Assembly: GCA_002269645.1 (NCBI GenBank)
Contig: NIVC01001194.1
Location: 62,001-126,000, forward strand
Length of the DNA stretch: 64,000 bases
Direction of reading: 5' to 3'
Origin: Macrostomum lignano
Taxonomy: Eukaryota
Of the stretch, positions 12,001-23,008 are shown piece after piece; position 1 is the stretch's first letter; every line of letters begins with the position of its first letter. A program made the translations under genes and the position numbers. Under the pieces are notes generated by a model. The model made no database searches. It had not been told where the DNA came from and was given only the letters and a program-made list of their open reading frames with translations.

Positions 12001-15000
12001 CCAGCAATATAAGTCTCTTCTCTCAGTTCAAAACTTGAGGAACAGTTTGCTTTTGAAATTTCCCAGTTTAAAGCATTGCATTTTTTAGTGTACATTCACT
12101 GCCTGCTACAGTGAGAGGTTTGCAAGTTTGTGCATTGAATTTTACTGCCCGCCAGTTAGCAAGGGTCCAAGTGTACGCACGCAGCCACTTAGAACGCCCC
12201 CATCCCCCCACTGGAGAGAAAATGCACTGCCGAGATAGGAAAAAGTTGTGGCGCAATCACTCAAAACTGATGCAAATTTTCAGTTCAGAGCAGAAAAAGT
12301 GGCCAAAGAAGGTTAAGAAAACAGTTTTCTGCTTTTTTAACAGACTTAATTTTGAAAATTTCAACATTAAAATAGCCTATTTGTTGCGTAGGAAAATTCT
12401 GCATTGATATATTTATAAGTCCCGCATTTGAGTTGCCAGCCGTTTAGGAGGAGATACGCGTTAAACCCGGCCGGTCGATTGATCGATCCACTCAGCTTTA
12501 GATATAAGATTTTTTATATGCCAATTGCAGTATATATTGTAATATTGATTGGGACTTATAACTTGGTCTTACTTATTGTCTTGGCAATCTTTACATGCCA
12601 AGCTATATACTCCAAGGGGTATGCCAAGCCTTTCTGCATACCAATCTGTCTGCCAATAGTATATTCGATTCCTCTATACATTGGAATTTTCCAACATATG
12701 CATATTATCCTGAGTTTAGTCAATATGAATTATTTGACAAACTTACTTAGAAGCCTTGTAAGTCTTAACAAGTTATTTATTTTGAACTTATACAAAGGAA
12801 TATAAAGAATGGTACCATGATCTTTTATGTGTCTAAATATTCTGGGACAGTTTAAAACAATCTGCACTAAAAATATAATTACTCTGATTTTTTTTCTTAA
12901 ATTATATATTTATCTTTCAATAGAAATTATCAAATATAAATCTTTAACAAAATAACTACAAGCTATATTATGAAGTGCCTCTTATCACTAAAATGACTAT
13001 ACTCATTAAATCTTTAATTTTTCATCAAAAATGAAGTGTGTATGATCACAAAAGCAACTTGTCACCAAAATGACTAATTGTCACCAAAACATGTCACTGA
13101 AATGGGTGCCAGGCTTTTTGGTGACAGTTGATTTTGGTGACATAAAAAACTGTGACTTCAGCAACAAGCAATGTTAAATTTGGCAACAAGTATGTTTTGT
13201 CAACAATGCTTATTGTCTGAGTACAACTGTGTTTCCAAGAGCATTCTAACTCAATCCAAGTCAAAGTCAATGCAGTTGTCATTGAAAACAGTAGACCCAA
13301 AAGCCACGCGAATGACGCAATGCCCTCATCCACCCCCGACCATGAAACCAGAGAAGTGAAGGAAACTGAAGCTACCTGACAGTAGCATGAAAATTATGGT
13401 GTACTATGGCGCCATAACCCATCACCCACCCCACACACCAGCTAAGTATAAGCTATATGTTTCAAAGCGCTGACACTTTTAGTCAACTGTAGCTGTCATG
13501 GAAGTGTGCGCGTTGTGTAGGTTTAGAGTCCAAGAGCATCAACAGGGAGTCCTGTGTGATGGATGCAACTTTTGGCATCACTGAACTTGCTTGATTGGAA
13601 ATGCAGCCATTTCTCTAGCGCAGTATAAGTGTATGAAAATGCAGAAGTTGTTTCAATGGAAATGTCCCAGCTGTGAGACAACCAATCCTGATGACATTTC
13701 TATGAGTGAAACCAGTGCCCCAGCTGGCATAGCAGACGAAAGCAGAATAGCAGCCGACACTAGGAGTCAACATTACAGCAGGCGGTACAGACGGCACCGA
13801 GCTGCTGGCTGCCGCAGAGCTGCCAACTGCTATAGAGCTGCCAACTGCTGCAGAGCTGCCAACTGCTGCAGAGCTGCTGACCACCACAGAGCTACAGACT
13901 GCTGCAGAGCTGCCAACTGCCGTAGAGCTGCCGACCACCACAGAGCTACAGACTGCCGCAGAGCTGCTGACCACCGCAAGGCTGCCGACTGGTGACAAGC
14001 TGCCAATACATGTAGATGCAATGTACATTATCGAACTTAGGGTACCAGAATTTGCTTTAGCGCCCAGTGGTTTGAACCAGAAAAAAAGATTTGCTAATTG
14101 TCAACGGGAAGCACTCCTTTGTTATTTCCCTTAAATGAGGAGACTATTTACTGGTGGTACACAAAATGTAATTCTCTCACTAAATGTCCAGCAAGTGTTG
14201 TGCAACACAGAGACAAGTGCAGAAAAGGCAAAGGCCATGTTGGGCATCTGCCACTCCATGCAGTTGCAGCCTATGCACTTCTATGGCAGCGTGTACTCCA
14301 CAGAGCCCACACGGAACTGTTTACATCAGCTGCTCAAATTGCTTGAGATGAGTGCCTGGCATCCAAGTCATTATTTGAGGTGAGAAGAATGTGCAATTTG
14401 ATACATTGGCAATGGGCTATAATGTACAGTACTACCCGCGATGTAATAGTCTTGACAACAGGCTATAGGATTCTTTTGAAGTACAGACAGTATAGAACAA
14501 TATAGAGAGAGACTAATTTAGGCTTATTGCCATCAATTGTGCATTGTCTACAGAGTGCGCCATCAATTCCCATGTCTTATCATGTCTTAATGTTGAGTAT
14601 TTTAACTTTGTGAATTTTAGCTTTATGGTACAGCCACATACTACAATTTACAACAAATTATATGAAACATTTGTATTTGCATGCATAGTACTTAAGATGT
14701 GGCTATATGATAAAATTGAAATTTTGATTCAATAAATGCGGAAACCACAGTACATGTAAATGTTTTCATAGGATCTGAGTTACAGATTGTACTGTGACAA
14801 AGCCGCCTTGGTGATGGGGCTCGCTCACATACTTGGTCAGTCTTTTCAGGTTGGTGGGTACAACTATAAAGTCAGAGTGCGGATATTTATCAAAGCTTCT
14901 TATCCCGACAAACAATCAGCATGTCACAGGATTGCTTGTCAGAGCACACATGTTTGTTACATAACAAAAAAGGGAAGTATTTTGTAGGCTGTAGGCGGTT

Positions 15001-15655
15001 ACGGTAGGATATAAATGCATTGGTTATGTTAGTAAGAATTTAATAAAAAGACTAAATAAATAGCCATAGAAAGTGATTTGTGAAAGTGAAAGAGAAACTT
15101 TTCGCCGAATTTAACATTGCTTGTTGCCAAAGTCACCTTTTTCCATGTCGCTGAAATTAATTATTGCCGAAATGCCTGGAATTCACTGAAACAACTTGTC
15201 ACCAAAATGATCAGTACCTATAATTTGTTATAGGTTTTTAACTAGGCCCCCTATATTTATTTTTCAAACTAATTTTGTGACTTACACTGCCTAAGTAAGA
15301 CAAAATTCATGCATGGATCTTGTTTAGATAATTATTAAGTTGTAAAGAGTTTACCTTAAAATTCCTAGGCTAAATTATAAAATATTCTTACTATGGATTA
15401 AAAATAACATTGACCAATATAAGAATAGCAGAAGTAACAAACTCAAGTCGAAGTCTAAGACAAAGCCAGAACCAAAGCCAACTAAGTAAAAAACATCATT
15501 ATTGCCATTAAAACCAAATGTCAATATACCTTTTCTTCAATAGACTTTATCCCATTTCCTTGAGACACATAAGCCTTGGCTAATGCCCTCGCGAGTTGAA
15601 TGACAGACGACTGGGTTGTACCACCAAAATAAGATAGAGAATAAATTGGCGGCAT
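1..15655 (-). CDS. PI4KA: Phosphatidylinositol 4-kinase III alpha, N-terminal part; gene continues beyond position 1
   Basis: Phase-consistent GT-AG exon chain (5' to 3'): 15530-15655, 9456-9575, 9272-9365, 8059-8214, 6907-7239, 4827-5065, 3503-3876, 2487-2918, 1495-1711, <1-213. The translation matches PI4KA motifs as I recall them: VIQLARALA, NAVVATGIFLLESNL, ENFAFVLTSIL..RDEI, LPCLLGILRAFGR, FDAFKPILP, LNDFLLLPS, VRDTAIASLC, TIIDQLGCL, VINAYAN..LLELFV. Confidence 0.93.
262..1472. repeat. 16-bp minisatellite (GTTTGTGAAGATTYGA / GTTTGTGAATTCTCAA) filling a PI4KA intron
   Basis: Direct periodicity, with two unit variants interleaved; lies between exons 1-213 and 1495-1711. Confidence 0.95.
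1798..2443. repeat. 40/41-bp minisatellite (GAGCATCACAGCTCATACCAGCTACATGAGCA(A)CCCTCCCC) in a PI4KA intron
   Basis: Direct periodicity; each unit carries a small GCTCAT..ATGAGC stem. Confidence 0.95.
3005..3470. repeat. Degenerate GATTCACA-based tandem repeat in a PI4KA intron
   Basis: Recurrent (a/c)gattcaca(c/t) cores at irregular spacing of roughly 20 bp. Confidence 0.75.
3918..4775. repeat. 30-bp minisatellite (GGCACAGTCCACCTGAAGGATCTCAGGGAG) with a 330-bp higher-order duplication, in a PI4KA intron
   Basis: Direct periodicity; the diagnostic variant units at 4291-4410 recur at 4621-4740. Confidence 0.95.
5125..6790. repeat. 20-bp minisatellite (ACAATCCCTGAAGTTCACTA grading into AGAATTCCTGAAGTTTTCTA) in a PI4KA intron
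   Basis: Direct periodicity; homogeneous block at about 5200-6230 and a diverged related block at about 6440-6740. Confidence 0.95.
7295..8030. repeat. About 21/22-bp GGCGCC-containing minisatellite (TTTGGCGCCTCAAAACCTAC) in a PI4KA intron, interrupted by a hairpin element
   Basis: Repeated ggcgcctcaaa..ctactt units on both sides of 7756-7911. Confidence 0.9.
7756..7911. mobile_element. Palindromic MITE-like hairpin element
   Basis: Perfect 43-bp inverted arms 7776-7818 / 7849-7891, extending imperfectly outward; the 30-bp loop contains the palindrome AGTCACGTGACT. Confidence 0.7.
8235..9210. repeat. 21-bp/15-bp composite minisatellite (GGGGATTTTTAGTTYTGCTAT) in a PI4KA intron
   Basis: Direct periodicity; both unit lengths are multiples of 3, which explains the three long overlapping minus-strand ORFs. 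Confidence 0.95.
10672..11069. mobile_element. Foldback/MITE-like element with a purine-rich core, in PI4KA intron 1
   Basis: 22-bp inverted arms TTTGCAAACATRCATGCCYAAC at 10680-10701 / 11033-11054 (2 mismatches) flank a GA-rich tract at about 10790-10920. Confidence 0.55.
11290..11580. repeat. 30-bp minisatellite (GAAACAGAAMTCCATCAAAATCCTCTCCGT)
   Basis: Near-identical units at 11401-11490 with degenerate flanks; followed by GGTTAGGGTTAGGGTTAG at 11657-11674. Confidence 0.85.
13050..15218 (+). mobile_element. Decayed Mutator (MULE)-like DNA transposon with long subterminal inverted repeats and PHD plus FLYWCH-like relics
   Basis: Inverted arms 13152-13180 / 15108-15136 (27/29 identical) plus repeated TTGTCACCAAAA motifs at both ends; internal PHD relic and a FLYWCH-like relic (YW..KC..LTKCPASV..H..H, about 14140-14255). 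Confidence 0.6.
13498..13995 (+). pseudogene. PHD-finger coding relic with an in-frame stop, followed by an 18-bp repeat expansion
   Basis: MEVCALC..VLCDGCNFWHH*TC..WKCPSC; TGA at 13582-13584 where a CGA would restore H-R-T-C; AGAGCTGCCAACTGCTGC repeats at about 13800-13985. Confidence 0.65.
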
Positions 15656-16811
15656 TGTTTTTTTTTCGAATAGAGAAGATCTTTTTTGCTTTGCTGAAAC
15701 TGATCTGTCTGGTTCCTGGTACTGTCTTACTTAATTAGTTTGCTCAATTCAACAATGGCAAATCAATATTTTCATGATTCCAAACAATAACACAGTGTGC
15801 TAACTAAAAACTGCTTAGTTACGGATTTTGTGGTTTTGTTGTACTATCAGATTAGATCTATTTATCAGTCATCGTTCGAGCGAGTTTTAGATCAGCTTAT
15901 CCTCCTTAATTTTAAAAACATGCTTTTTCTATAGTTTCTTTGAAAATACAACTTAACAAAAATTTATAGCGTAACAAGCTCTAATTACAAAAATCTTACT
16001 TCTTTAACTTAAAAAATTGATTTAAATTTATTGAAAAATTAAACTGCATTTTCTCATATCAGTTTTTAGTCCACTTTTTCTAATCGGACATGGCGGCCGA
16101 TATGTGCGTATCAATAATGGAGGGTCCAACAAAGGGTTAATAGAACATGCCAATCTTTGACCGATCCAATTTGTCACATAGCCTATACTAAGTCAGTGCT
16201 ATTGTATACTTTGATCTTTCCACTCACGCCTTTATTCGCCTGGCAACTCGTGTATTAATCTACTGCATGTGTATTTGTATACATGTCATGTATTTGGCAG
16301 ATTGAATTAATTGAGCTTAGGTTTAGTAAAGGTTTTTTAAGAGTAACCAACGGACAACAAGTAGAACCACCAGGAGACAATGAGCCAAAAAGGCGAATAA
16401 TTTTGAAGAGCTCGCTTAAGGCATGGAAAAGTAGAAAAAGCTAGAAAACACCTAATAATGCCTAACAAATTAGGAATAAATAATTTAAACTTTTCAAAAC
16501 AAATAAGCCATAGTTTGTTTATTTTCAACTAGCTGCCATCATGCACCTATCATGCGAGTGATCCCGACCCTTGGCAAGATACCGAAAAGTGGTCTTCCCT
16601 GTCGTCGTCGGGTATATGCAGTAAAGTGGGCCGGCAGCAGGTTTGCCAGTGTCCGTAGATAGCGCTTCTTGAAGGAAATTGAATTGGAGGCAGCAATTCT
16701 TCATTTGTGACGATCAATCGAAACCAGCCGCTGCAGACACAAAAATTTCAATTCCTCTGACATCTATGATGGTACTGCTGGTCATTCCCCCTTTTCCGTT
16801 CTCTTTCTCTA

Positions 16812-17110
16812 CAGGGGTCGCGGAAAACTTTTTTACCACAAGGGCCGCAGATGAAGAATCCATGAGCTCATGGCTACGGGCCAGACGAGAGAGAAAAGAA
16901 AAAGGAACAGACAGAAGAGATAAGAAATAAGACATGATGAGAAAAGAAGGGAGAAAAGAGAGAAGAGAGGGGGAGAAGAGAGGAGCGAGAGGATATAGGA
17001 GAGAGAAAAGAAGAGACACAAACCCTGAGCGGGCCTGATTACCATCGTGAAGTTTGAAAGGACCCGAGGGCCGGATAGAGAGGCTTTAGGCTGGAGTTTG
17101 CCGACCCCTG
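16812..17110. mobile_element. hAT-type MITE, copy 1 (CAGGGGTCG.. / ..AGTTTGCCGACCCCTG) with a GA-rich core
   Basis: Terminal inverted repeats of the CAGGGGTCGGCAAAC type; both ends are homologous to 35412-35807; TSD not preserved. Confidence 0.75.
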
Positions 17111-18550
17111 CTCTCGGGTAGTCTGGATAAGGGTATGGACTCATATAAACTATATCATCTTTATAAAAGCGCGCTCCTTTGTGGGTTGAGCCATAGAAAT
17201 TTTCTCCTCTAAAGCTTTCCCTAGGGTTGTCATTATAACGTGGACTATACTGTAGCAAAAATCTCTTATTCATTACCTTAGCGGTCCTAATTGATACACA
17301 AAACTATATTAGGTAAATTTTACTCATTCCAATGAACCTTATATGCCCTTGTCCTTGTAGTCAATGCAAGTAAAATATAAGTTGCATGTAGTTCAACTAA
17401 ATTTTAAGTCGAATAATTATTTTGGGATTTAGACCACCACACGCATCGCTATTTTCAGCTTGTGAAGCCTTTGACTTGATGCCATGGACAGGACAATGTG
17501 AGCTGCATGTAACGTGGTAATGTCTGCCATCAATGCTACATGTACATGTATTTATATGTTTTGTAGGAACTTCAACATTATATAACCTTATATTTAGATA
17601 GTCTGCTAATCTAAATTACTTTTTAGCTCTTTGTTTTTTCAGTCACATGCTTATGTGCAGCAGTATATACATGTACATGTAGGCTCGAGGCATGCATTGC
17701 ATGCTTTATAAGGCCATGTATGTGCGAGCATGTAGACATAAATTACATGGAAAAAGTTAAAGAACTCAAAAGCAAATATATAAATCAATTCGTTTGAAAT
17801 ATTATATTTGCAATCCAGCAGTTGTCGGGTGACTCTTTCAGGAGTACAAACAGGCCGAAATATGTTATAATATTGTTAATTGTACACAATTCCAGCCACA
17901 GACTGCATAGTTTAGTTTCAGAGAGTTTCAGAGAGTTTCTAGTTCCCCATTGGTTAATCATCTACCATGCATCGTTATTGCAGACTCAACAGTGATAGGT
18001 TTTTATAACTAATGCCTAGGCGCATACAGGCTTCAGTGCATTGCTTTACAGTTAGATATTACTGAAAGTAGGCTGCACAAGTGCATGACAAGGCAATTAT
18101 TTTGTAGGGTTAAAGGGCACAGGATGGATCGAGCTTAAAAAACGCGTGATTTGTAATGGTCTAAAAAAATAATCGTTAAATTTCAGCCGAGCCAATTTTG
18201 CAACTCACTGCTGAGTAAGCGGGGGGCAGTATCGTAAACAGAAATAAAGAAGTTCTAGATTGCAAGTCAAGATTAATAAGTTAAGCTAAAAATAACAACA
18301 GGGCTACGGAAAGGTCAAATGTTTGTTTTACTACATTCGCTTAGAATAAGACTGTCAACATTTTATACTGATTTCCCCGTTGCAGCACTGAAGTTTGGCC
18401 CATCGGGATTGAAAAGCCTATAAAAAATGTAGATGAAAGCCGATTTTTGGCTCTGTCTGCACGTGATGACCGATCCTGCATATCCAATTTCAAAATATTT
18501 ATCCTAGTCTAAATGACTTTAAACCACGTATAGCTAAACTGCTCATCGCG

Positions 18551-19021
18551 TTACACCTTGGGTCCGGCCTGAACCTTCTTGATGAAGTCCTCGTATTTGA
18601 CGTTGCCGTCCAGATCCTCGTGGGTGTCGGTGAACTTCATGATCACGTCGACATCGCTGTCGTCAAGCCGCTCGCCGTAGCTGGTGAGCACGTGGCGCAG
18701 CTCGGCGGCCGAGATGTACCCCTGGCCTTCGCGGTCGAATGTCTTGAAAGCCTCCATGAAGTCGGCGAAGGTGCCCTCCTCTTTGGCTTTCATCACCTCC
18801 TGGTAGATCGGCAGGAACTCCTCGAACTTGTAGCCCTTCTCGCCCATCTTCTCCGTGCCGCCGTGCTTCAGGCAGGTGGCGATGGTCGGGTTCATGCCGA
18901 CGCAGCGCAGCAGGTCGGCCACCTTGGCGGCGTCCACCTCACCGTCCCGACCGTCCCAGAAGTCAAAGAGGTCGAACACCTCGCGGATGTCTTCGATTTC
19001 ACCCTTGCTTAGACCGGTCAT
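18551..19021 (-). CDS. Mlc: Myosin essential (alkali) light chain, EF-hand protein, intronless, 156 aa
   Basis: [13 protein letters not shown] signature of invertebrate muscle essential light chains; [25 protein letters not shown]; GC-rich codon usage. Confidence 0.95.
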   Translation of the reverse strand: MTGLSKGEIEDIREVFDLFDFWDGRDGEVDAAKVADLLRCVGMNPTIATCLKHGGTEKMGEKGYKFEEFLPIYQEVMKAKEEGTFADFMEAFKTFDREGQGYISAAELRHVLTSYGERLDDSDVDVIMKFTDTHEDLDGNVKYEDFIKKVQAGPKV

Positions 19022-19514
19022 TGCTGCTGCTATGGATTGTTTTACTGTATCGGTTGGTAACTGTAGATGATGACCTGGCGCTAGAGGGGTGGCGTTTCCT
19101 TGACTTTCAAGCTTTTTTGGAGGAGCCCCGATTTTTAAAACGAATGGGGAGAAGCAACAACAGTCCAGCTAGTAGCCAACCAGCCTCCAGTAAACCCCAT
19201 GTTGGTTTGATCTCCCCCCTGTACCAAGCCACTTCACCCAGCTTCGTGGATCGATATGATCTTCTGGAAGCAAATGCGGCTTCTCGGGGGATTTCGGCAT
19301 GACCTTACAGGCGTGCACACATTTTCTTGCCCGCCCTTTCAGCCACCCCCAGCGGTGGAACGATGAAATGGAAAATTTGTGCGCCATCTTTTGTAAGCCA
19401 TCTGAAAGCCGGCATAAGGGTATGCGCAACTGTCTCTCCTACCCTTTGCTCTCGCGCTTCAATCTGCTTCCCATTCGATCGCGAAACATTTGCGTGCCTT
19501 GCGCCAGGCAACTA

Positions 19515-19524
19515 CCAAATATGG
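19515..19524. promoter_or_regulatory. CArG box (CCAAATATGG), a candidate SRF site about 490 bp upstream of the myosin light chain ATG
   Basis: Perfect CC(A/T)6GG match in the divergent Mlc/USP intergenic region; function is inferred. Confidence 0.4.
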
Positions 19525-20236
19525 TCATCGGTGGGCAGACTTTCCTGCGCCTTTACCTTCCCTGGGATCAGGCAAATGCTTCACCTACTCTCGTTTCTTC
19601 CCCTTTCAAATAATGTATGCCGATGCGGGATTCAAGGAGGCGAGGCGATGTCAGCAAAAAATGTCGAACAGACCGTGAACGTACTGAACAGCAAGTTCTT
19701 GCTTTTTGTGTCATAAGATGACACAGTCCTTTCAATGCGTTTTGAAAACTTCTTAAAAATATTTATGCGATCTATGCTTGTGTATTGCAATGGCTTTCGT
19801 GGATTGCAAAATAAAAAAAACAAACGATAACAACTAGAAAGTGAGAATTAAGGGTTATAGCGAGGGCTAGTAGAGCTCTGAGGAGCGCACGCTGCATTGC
19901 TCTCCAAGCAACACGGCGTGTCCATTTCCTTTTCTAATCAACTGCTTGAATTGCACGAGGTACAGTCAGTCGATAAGGGTCTGTGCAAGGTTAGAACAAG
20001 AATCGCTTGCAATAAGAACAGGCCCCACAAGCAAACAGGGCCGCAGGCAAGTTGCAAAAGGCTTTATCACTAAACAGATTTCCTTGCATCGGCCCCAGCT
20101 AGAGCCGATAAAACGATAACGTGTCAGTTGATAGTCTCTGGCTGATATTTACGGGTTTCATTCACAGAGACGCCAAAGCAGAGACAACTTGCTAAGTTAA
20201 AGAGTAATCCAACTGCACAACAAGACAGCAACAGCC

Positions 20237-20704
20237 ATGGCCACCAAGACGATTCTCATTGCTATGGACGGCAGCGAACACAGCGACAGGGCCTTGGAGT
20301 GGTACGCCAGCAATCTGAAGACGCCCCAGGACCAGCTGGTCTTCGTGACGGTGGTCGAGCCCAAGGTTGCCCGCGGCTCCAGTCTGACAGCGGCGGACGC
20401 GCCAAAACACGTCTCCGAGCAGGTTGGCAACGCGGTTCGCGTCAGCCAGGACGTGCAGCAGCGCACGGAGGCCAAGTGCCGCAGCCTGGGCCTGCCGTCC
20501 GACGGCATCCGATTCGTCGAGAAAATCTCCAGCACACCCGGGGCAGCCATTGTCGATGCGGCCAACGACGTGGAGGCCGACCTGGTTGTCATGGGCAACC
20601 GCGGCCTCGGCACGCTGCGCCGTACCTTCTTAGGCAGCGTGTCGGACTACGTGCTCCACCACGCCCACAGACCCGTTGCCGTGATTCCGCCAAGAAAGTC
20701 CTGA
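20237..20704 (+). CDS. Universal stress protein A (UspA)-like protein, intronless, 155 aa
   Basis: N-terminal ILIAMDGSEHS..AL.W and C-terminal IVDAA..ADLVVMGNRGLGTLRRTFLGSVSDYVLHHA..PVAVIP motifs. Confidence 0.93.
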   Translation: MATKTILIAMDGSEHSDRALEWYASNLKTPQDQLVFVTVVEPKVARGSSLTAADAPKHVSEQVGNAVRVSQDVQQRTEAKCRSLGLPSDGIRFVEKISSTPGAAIVDAANDVEADLVVMGNRGLGTLRRTFLGSVSDYVLHHAHRPVAVIPPRKS

Positions 20705-23008
20705 TTCTCTGCTATGCCGATCGATTCATGCCTATAAACAGACACTTTCAGCCCCAATCATAGTAAAACATGCTTTGGTAAACCGATCTTCTTCAATTCA
20801 ATTTGTTTCGATTTTCTTGCAAATAAAGTTCGTCGTCGATAATTGTTGCATTCATTATTAATTTACTCTGGGTGGCACTATCGTACTTATAGACGCTAAT
20901 TTATAAATTAGCTCACAAAGCGAGAGATTTTCAGTGTTTATGTCATTATAATAAATTAAAATACATTAACTTATGGCTAAATAAAACGGTTTTCCTTCTT
21001 GTTCAATGGCTTCTTCTTAAACAATGGAACAGTTTTTCTGCAGCCAATCAACCCCCACCACTAAGGAATTGAGCCTAAAAACAAACAAAACAATACCTAA
21101 AATATTCAGGGTCATTTGCAGTTAAAGTTTAAATTCTTCAGTAAACCCTCATTTTGCTTTAGATATCTACAAATTAGGTGTGACGCTAAACAATGTCATC
21201 AGAATTTGATGACATTGTAGAATAAGGTTCATGTTTGAAATGAAAAACCACGTGATCATTGATACCACACCATTGCAGCATTAGCAGCACTTTTCTAAGC
21301 GAACAATAGACCAAGAGGGCACAGCGCACGGCTGAAGTTCAACCATCACATTCTCGACCGAGGCAGGCGAAATGCTAGGCTGCAGCAGGTCTCGGTTAGA
21401 ACCCCAAGCCCAAGAATCGAGTTGCACATGCAGGTAAGAGGGCGAAGCCGCACAGGATGGGGGAGAGAATCGGCTGAGGTTTCCAACAAAAAAAGTCGAA
21501 ATGTCAAATGGCTGGCTATGCCGTTTCTCGGTGCTGTCTGTCCCAGTGCAGAAATGCGCGCAGCTGCGGCTGGTAGCGGCATTTACAGTAGCGAGAATCG
21601 AACCCAACTTGCGCACCCACCGACACGCGCAGGGCAGACGCTAAAATACATTCAGTATTTGCAACTGCGCGAAAGCCTCAAAGACAAGAATTAATTTGCC
21701 TCGACGATGGAAAAAAATCATCTCTCATCAGCCCAAAAGGCTGCAGAAGGAACTTGACAAATTTTGCAATTCCACAACAAAAGAAATTTGGTTCATAGCT
21801 ATAATAGTGAATTTATTTAAGCACAACAGATGGTTATAGACACAGCGCAATCCAAACTTGCTTTGTAATGCCTTAAAACTCATATTAAAAACTAGTGGTC
21901 AAGTTACCTATGAATGCAGAAATCCTTCCGAAATTTCCTAAGAAAATATCTCCGGTCTCTGTGATTTTTAGCTTTAAATTAATTCTACGGTTTCTTTCTT
22001 AGCTGAAACTTCACAGCATACCAAACGCCATGTGAATTTAAAAATGAAGAAGATGGAATTCTCTCACTTATATAGAGATTAAAAAGTCAAGAGCTTTTAA
22101 CGATTTCAGCTAATTTGAAGAATTATCTGAAGAATCACTTTCAAGTAGCTGTTGGTGCATTTTAGGGCGGAAATATTCATCTCGTCACCCCTTGGACATC
22201 TCCAGTATTTTCTTAGAAATAAGCTTTTGCCATAGACAAATTTGGTCAAGACAAATCTAATTTATCCAGAGCATGCTGAAAATGCCCAAGCAATAAGGCA
22301 AATAACCGGCCTCCAGCTCCAATTTTCTAAGAAAATCGAGTTTAGCGTCCTTCTACTGCAGATGTTCACGCGTCACCAAATGTTAGTGGGGCTATTAAGA
22401 CGTAATTAAATAACAGTAACTTCACTCTTACATCCTTTACACCTACGCATACACTCCTACACATTGCCGTAATAATATATTTCCTTATTACATACAATAG
22501 CAGCTTGTTATCATCAACCAAATATAAACTTTAGTAAACTTACTATAAATCAGACGTTTTATAAAGACCAAGTATACAGCAACTTATATTAGAAATAAAA
22601 TAATTTACAGGAAGACGCAAGCAATGTTTGGCAATACTTTCTTGCAAGCTACTAAAATTAGAATGTATAGATACTCTCTGCTATTGCTGTAAATTTTAGT
22701 GGATTTCCAGACACTCCTGCGCAGCTGCTTATTGCTCGACTCTGGAAGTTAATTTTTATTGAACGAAAGTAAGTGCATTCATTACAAATAAAATTGCTTT
22801 AACCAAAAATATTAACAAAATCCGACCAAAACGCATACAATCTAACCAACATCAGTGATCAGTGTGGAGAAATTATTTAAAAAGCTCTGGAGAATTTCGA
22901 CGTGTGTTTACTAGTATACTGAGTGTAATACAAGTAGTTTTGCTAAACCAAGATTTCTCCATGCTTTTTAACAGGCTCGTATAGTACGAGTATATTTGAG
23001 GAAGCTGT

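Noticed and set aside
18286-18295. MEF2-like site CTAAAAATAA downstream of the light chain gene
   Set aside because: Expected by chance in AT-rich DNA; no supporting evidence.
18620-20763. Antisense and alternate-frame ORFs over the light chain and USP genes (similar ones over the mariner and 39041-39547)
   Set aside because: Shadow ORFs caused by GC-rich codon usage of the real genes.
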